NCBI GenBank assembly: GCA_021792255.1 | Contig: JAJYUZ010000001.1 | Location: 288,001 to 352,000 of the forward strand | DNA: 64,000 nucleotides | Direction: 5' to 3' | DNA from: Thermoplasmata archaeon | GTDB taxonomy: Archaea; Thermoplasmatota; Thermoplasmata; Thermoplasmatales; GCA-001856825 | Shown: positions 59,575 to 64,000 of the stretch, in pieces | How positions within the stretch are numbered: the first letter of the stretch is position 1 | Layout: each line of letters begins with the position of its first letter | Translations under genes and position numbers: made by a program | The notes under the pieces: generated by a model | The model's input: the letters and a program-made list of their open reading frames with translations, nothing else | What the model was told of the DNA's origin: nothing | Databases searched by the model: none

Positions 59575-59800
59575 CGTTAGTCTACAGCCGGTAGATAATA
59601 GAGGTCTAAGAATTACTCAGTTAAGTGGAGGGAATAGCTTTCAGACCGCACTTTATAGATCTATGTATTCAGCCGACTTATTGAAATTCGGCGGCAATTT
59701 TTCACAACAATGCCTCTTAAATGTCATCCGTCAGATGCCTGAATATTGCCATGGTTTTTGCCATAAAAATGATTATATAAAGGAAAAACAATGATTTGCG

Positions 59801-62302
59801 ATGAAAAAGAGAGCTGTAATCGCCCCGATAATAGGCGTTTTCATTATCGTGGTTGTTCTAATATTGGGTTCGTTCACTCCGTTGATCTCAATTCTTAATC
59901 CTACTACGGGTGTAATTCAGAACTCCAGAGATCTCGTGGTTGGTAACAGTTCAATCAATCTGCCTGGCATATCCAGCAAAGTTGTCGTCGTACAGGACAA
60001 GTACGGCGTCTATCACTTCTATGCATCAAACACGAAGGATCTGTTCTATTCGCTCGGCTTTATGCAGGCAAAAGAACGACTTGAAGAAATTGAAGTTTTT
60101 GGACTTGAGGGAATGGGTCAAATGCACACGTTGTTTGGGAGCTCGTATTTGAATTATGATAGGTTCCAAACTCTTACGGGAGCACCCATTACGGCTGAGA
60201 AGGACTGGAACAGCGTTCTCAATAATTCCTCCTCCAACTCCACCGATCTTCTGACAAAGAATGCGATGATCTCATACGCCAGCGGAATAAATGCCTATAT
60301 TAACTATTCAGAATCTCATAATACCGTACCTCTTCTTTTTAAGCTCTTGGGAGTCAAACCGTATTACTGGTCGCCAGTATATTCATATGCCGTGCAAGAA
60401 CTAATGGCACAGCAGCTGGAATTTGGGGATGACAGTCTGCAGTTTGCGGTCCTCTACAGTCTGCTTGGTAACCTCACCTACGATCTGCTCCCGACTTTCT
60501 CCTCGGTCCAGACCTATTACTACGGTGGGTATTATGGACTCCCCAATCAAGGGGTTTTGCATATGTCTCACAACACATATCCAATGAATTCTACCGTGCT
60601 CTCTTTGACCAAGACTCTACTCTATCGGTTTAAGTATGACCCTCCAACCTACTTCAATTTCAGTACAAGCGATCACAGCAATGAGCTAGTAGTCGCTGGG
60701 AATAGAACGACAACCGGGTATCCCATCCTGATGGGAGGCCCTGTTCTGGGTTTCTCACTTCCAGCAATCTGGTTCCAAGTTCAACTAGTAGCACCAGGAC
60801 TGGATGTCTATGGAGTCGTTCTTCCGGGGGCTCCCGCCGTCGTTATCGGGTTCAACAATAACATCGCTTGGACGCTCACCGACACCCAAGCCATATCTTC
60901 GGGCACTTTCTTCTTTTCCCAACAGGTGATAGGAGACTCGTACATCTGGAATGGCACAGCGTATCCACTTCAGACTTACAAGATAAATGGATTTGAAGTG
61001 AACTGGACTAACCTTGGACCCGTTATGGCTCAGCAGGGAAGTACTGCCCTGGTTATGGACTGGATGGGCAACATCGTAAGCAATGAGATTGGTACCCTCA
61101 TCGAACTCAATTCTGCGTCTAACTGGTCGCAGTTTAGAAGCGATTTATCTACCTGGATCGCACCGTATCAAAATTTCGCATTTGCCAACAGGACTACAAT
61201 AGCCGATATTTCACCTTCCTATTATCCTATTTTTGGTGGTGCTACCTACAACCCAGCATCAATAATGCCGGGGAACGGAAGCGAATACATATCAGGTTCG
61301 ATTCCATACAATCGAGTCCCACAAGTCGTAAATCCCTCGCAGGGTTTCATCGTGAGTTCTAACCAGAGACAGGTTGGCCCGAGTTATCCTTACTGGTTCG
61401 GAATCTCGAACAGTTTCTCCTCCGGATACAGAGCACAGATGGAGGTTAACTATCTTTCGAGTCATTCCACTGTCTCTCCAAACAATATCGTGAGCTTCCA
61501 GGGAACCAACTATACCGATTATGAAGCTCAAGTTGCCGTCCCGTACATCCTGAGCTATCTCAAAGGAAACACTAACGCTTCCGTCGAAAAAGCATACTCC
61601 CTTCTTTCGGGTTGGAACTTTAACATGACCACTGAATCAGATGCGGCCTCGGTCTGGTTCTTCACGTATATGTATCTTTTCAACGATACGTTCTTCCCCT
61701 TCTTAGAAGACCACGGAGTGATGCCGGAGTACAATACGACCCTGGGAGTACCATCTGGAATGGGAGGAAGCTACCCGAATACCACCGGTTCTGCTTCGAT
61801 GGATATTGTCTTGCTGAACGCATTAGTGACTGGATCGGCAAGTCCGTTCTCCAACCAGAGCATGGAGAACCTTGTGACAGAGTCGGTCGTGCAAGCGATG
61901 AATTTCCTGAATGAGAAGTACCCTTCTGGAAACTATACCTGGGGAAAATTCTATGGATTCCTTTTCCCTAACCTTTTCGGATTTGGTGAGTTTAATGCCG
62001 GTCCGATCTCCAAGGGAGGGGATTTCAATAGTCCAAACGATGCATCCGGTGTTGGACCAAATAATTATCCGACGGGAGGGCAGAGCTGGGAAATGGTCGT
62101 AAATATGTCCAACGTTTCTCATTCATACGGCGTATATCCCGGCGGTCAGAGCGAAAATCCGGCGAGTCCCCTGTACTCCAATTACGTGAATGATTGGATA
62201 AACGATACCTATCTGCCCCTCCTCTTCTATCCGGCGTACTCTTCGTTCCCCACTCAAGAAGTGATGGATACTATCTCTCTGGTTCCGGAGGGATCTCAGT
62301 GA
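59801..62302 (+). CDS. Membrane-anchored penicillin acylase family Ntn-hydrolase (S45)
   Basis: DKYGVYHFYA, LGFMQAKER, processing site HSNELVVAGNRTTTGYPIL, QNFAFA, VNPSQGFIVSSNQ, PGGQSENPASPLY. Confidence 0.9.
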   Translation: MKKRAVIAPIIGVFIIVVVLILGSFTPLISILNPTTGVIQNSRDLVVGNSSINLPGISSKVVVVQDKYGVYHFYASNTKDLFYSLGFMQAKERLEEIEVFGLEGMGQMHTLFGSSYLNYDRFQTLTGAPITAEKDWNSVLNNSSSNSTDLLTKNAMISYASGINAYINYSESHNTVPLLFKLLGVKPYYWSPVYSYAVQELMAQQLEFGDDSLQFAVLYSLLGNLTYDLLPTFSSVQTYYYGGYYGLPNQGVLHMSHNTYPMNSTVLSLTKTLLYRFKYDPPTYFNFSTSDHSNELVVAGNRTTTGYPILMGGPVLGFSLPAIWFQVQLVAPGLDVYGVVLPGAPAVVIGFNNNIAWTLTDTQAISSGTFFFSQQVIGDSYIWNGTAYPLQTYKINGFEVNWTNLGPVMAQQGSTALVMDWMGNIVSNEIGTLIELNSASNWSQFRSDLSTWIAPYQNFAFANRTTIADISPSYYPIFGGATYNPASIMPGNGSEYISGSIPYNRVPQVVNPSQGFIVSSNQRQVGPSYPYWFGISNSFSSGYRAQMEVNYLSSHSTVSPNNIVSFQGTNYTDYEAQVAVPYILSYLKGNTNASVEKAYSLLSGWNFNMTTESDAASVWFFTYMYLFNDTFFPFLEDHGVMPEYNTTLGVPSGMGGSYPNTTGSASMDIVLLNALVTGSASPFSNQSMENLVTESVVQAMNFLNEKYPSGNYTWGKFYGFLFPNLFGFGEFNAGPISKGGDFNSPNDASGVGPNNYPTGGQSWEMVVNMSNVSHSYGVYPGGQSENPASPLYSNYVNDWINDTYLPLLFYPAYSSFPTQEVMDTISLVPEGSQ

Positions 62303-62667
62303 AAATTAATGGCGCTCTCGGATTCATACTCTCTACGCTGATCGTCATAGTACTGGGAGTCGCACTCCTATTCACAAGCATATGGTACACAGTTCTATTT
62401 TCAGGACTCGTTGCTTCTATTGTTATCAGAAGGGGTTATCTTATCTCCATTCTGTCGAGCTTCGCCGGAGGAGTGTTGGGTATTCTAATCATCTTCCTTA
62501 TGCTTCCCACAGGATACTTGGGACCGGTGATGAATGAAGTCGGTGCGATTGCTGGAATTCCCTCAGTGGCGCTGTTCGCGCTTATCTTTCTTATTAACGG
62601 AGGCCTATGCGTCTCAGGAGCACTGATAGGGACTTTTGTCGCTAGATTTATTCAAAAGAGTCGGTGA
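62299..62667 (+). CDS. Small 3-4 TM membrane protein translationally coupled to the S45 acylase
   Basis: GTGA start/stop overlap at 62299-62302; hydrophobic throughout. Confidence 0.7.
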   Translation: MKINGALGFILSTLIVIVLGVALLFTSIWYTVLFSGLVASIVIRRGYLISILSSFAGGVLGILIIFLMLPTGYLGPVMNEVGAIAGIPSVALFALIFLINGGLCVSGALIGTFVARFIQKSR

Positions 62668-63169
62668 GGAAAATACAGAATACGCCCATCTGAAGTTGGA
62701 GCATGCTGAGCACTGAAAAATTCCACCTTATCAGGTATCTAGCCTAGCATTACTTCTCTTCATCTTAATAGACGCCAGTAATTGACTGTACTTTAAGCAC
62801 ACATTATTTCCTTTATTAATTAGAGAACCTCCAACGAAGTGAGAATCTATGCAGCAGTGAAGAGGCTCATTGATGGCATGAGCCGTTGGGATATCTCGAG
62901 GAATATGGGCACAGGGATAAGCCTGTCCTGTGTCAGGAGCACAGTATCAGAGCTCATAGACGGAGGAGATGATGATCATTGCACACGGTTCAAGAGGGAA
63001 GTGACTGGAAAGCGTCGATGCCATTTGAACATGACCATGTTTTAGCGCCACAGGAGGATTCATAAAATTGAAATATATCTTCGTCGTTGGGTTATTTTGA
63101 TGAAGAGACAGGATTTACGTCCTGAAAATATATTTTTTTACGGGAACCAACAAAAAAGGTGAAAAAAAG

Positions 63170-63601
63170 ATGCCTACATACGTTTTGGATTCTAAATGCA
63201 AAGGAAATGGCAAATGTGAAGAAATCTGCCCCAGTGACATCATGCGGCTGGATCGTGAGACAAACAAGGCCTACAACGTAGAGCCTGATATGTGCTGGGA
63301 ATGTTTCTCCTGCGTAAAAGCATGCCCTGAGAACGCTATAAGCGTGCGTCCGTATGCAGATTATGGGCCACTGGGCTCGGAAATATCTGTCAAGAGGGAC
63401 GAGGAAAGAAACGACATTAAATGGGATATCGTCTACCGGGATCAAAGGAAGAAGCATTTTGAGTTTGCAATCAGAACTACTACATGGGGTTCTATAAATA
63501 TTGAGGAAAAGGAAGTTAGAGATCTTGATGGTGAAGAGCTTGCCGGCGAGCCACAGATGCTTTTCACTGGAAAGCCTCTACCGGTTATTGAAAGGAAATG
63601 A
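63170..63601 (+). CDS. aprB: Adenylylsulfate (APS) reductase beta subunit
   Basis: MPTYV...ICPSDIM...KAYNVEPDMCWECFSCVKACPENAISVRPYADYGPLG...IRTTTWGSI; SD-like aggtga upstream. Confidence 0.95.
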   Translation: MPTYVLDSKCKGNGKCEEICPSDIMRLDRETNKAYNVEPDMCWECFSCVKACPENAISVRPYADYGPLGSEISVKRDEERNDIKWDIVYRDQRKKHFEFAIRTTTWGSINIEEKEVRDLDGEELAGEPQMLFTGKPLPVIERK

Positions 63602-63616
63602 GGGGAGGTGATCTAA

Positions 63617-64000
63617 ATGTTGATAAAAAGGGTGGATTCTGATATCCTGATTATAGGTGGTGGAATGGCAGGCTGCGGTGCTGCATACGAAGCAAGAAAA
63701 TGGGGAAAGAATCTCAAGATTATAATAGTGGAGAAAGCAAACATCGATAGGAGTGGCGCTGTTGCAATGGGGCTTTCGGCAATAAATACCTATCTCGGAA
63801 TGCGATGGAACGAGAACACTCCAGAAGATTACGTAAGCTACGTTAGAGGAGACCTGATGGGCATAATAAGAGAGGATCTTGTATATGATATTGGAAGGCA
63901 CGTGGATTCCAGCGTCCACCTCTTTGAAGAGTGGGGCCTCCCCATCGTAAAATCTGAGGAGACAGGCAGATACACCCGGGAAGGCAGATGGCAGGTTCTG
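63617..64000 (+). CDS. aprA: Adenylylsulfate (APS) reductase alpha subunit, 5' part (truncated by window edge)
   Basis: Manual translation: DILIIGGGMAGCGAAYEA...EKANIDRSGAVAMGLSAINTY...DLMGIIREDLVYDIGRHVDSSVHLFEEWGLP...REGRWQV; SD ggaggtga at 63604-63611. Confidence 0.95.
   Translation, partial: MLIKRVDSDILIIGGGMAGCGAAYEARKWGKNLKIIIVEKANIDRSGAVAMGLSAINTYLGMRWNENTPEDYVSYVRGDLMGIIREDLVYDIGRHVDSSVHLFEEWGLPIVKSEETGRYTREGRWQVL

Overview
A gene-dense archaeal chromosome segment, most consistent with an acidophilic Thermoplasmata-type euryarchaeon. The evidence is thermopsin, 'ETGLPxGTxW' surface repeats, archaeal eno-rps2-MEMO1 order, aRF1, a CCA-less tRNA-Gln, and a respiratory cluster with no cytochrome c gene. 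From left to right it holds: (1) a giant minus-strand surface protein of more than 3,000 aa built of about 90-aa Ig/PKD-like modules, missing from the ORF track because it runs off the left edge, and divergent from a 1,523-aa repeat/beta-propeller surface protein; (2) a CocE/NonD hydrolase coupled to a degenerate M24-fold protein; (3) MEMO1, a vapBC pair with a premature stop in each gene, rps2, eno, ppdK, aRF1, an FKBP PPIase and tRNA-Gln(CTG); (4) a decayed G1-like peptidase, argGH with a divergent ACT-domain regulator, an S51 peptidase, an LhgO-like oxidase, a heterodimeric ABC exporter, thermopsin and a PP2C phosphatase; (5) a respiratory island with heme-copper oxidase subunits II and I, a blue-copper protein, heme O synthase, two uncharacterised membrane proteins, a Rieske protein and cytochrome b; (6) an SDR, an ABC-2 transporter, a large membrane glycoprotein, a CPA antiporter, an M17 aminopeptidase and an S45 acylase; (7) at the right edge, aprB and the start of aprA (APS reductase). 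All calls come from motif recognition by eye; no database searches were run.
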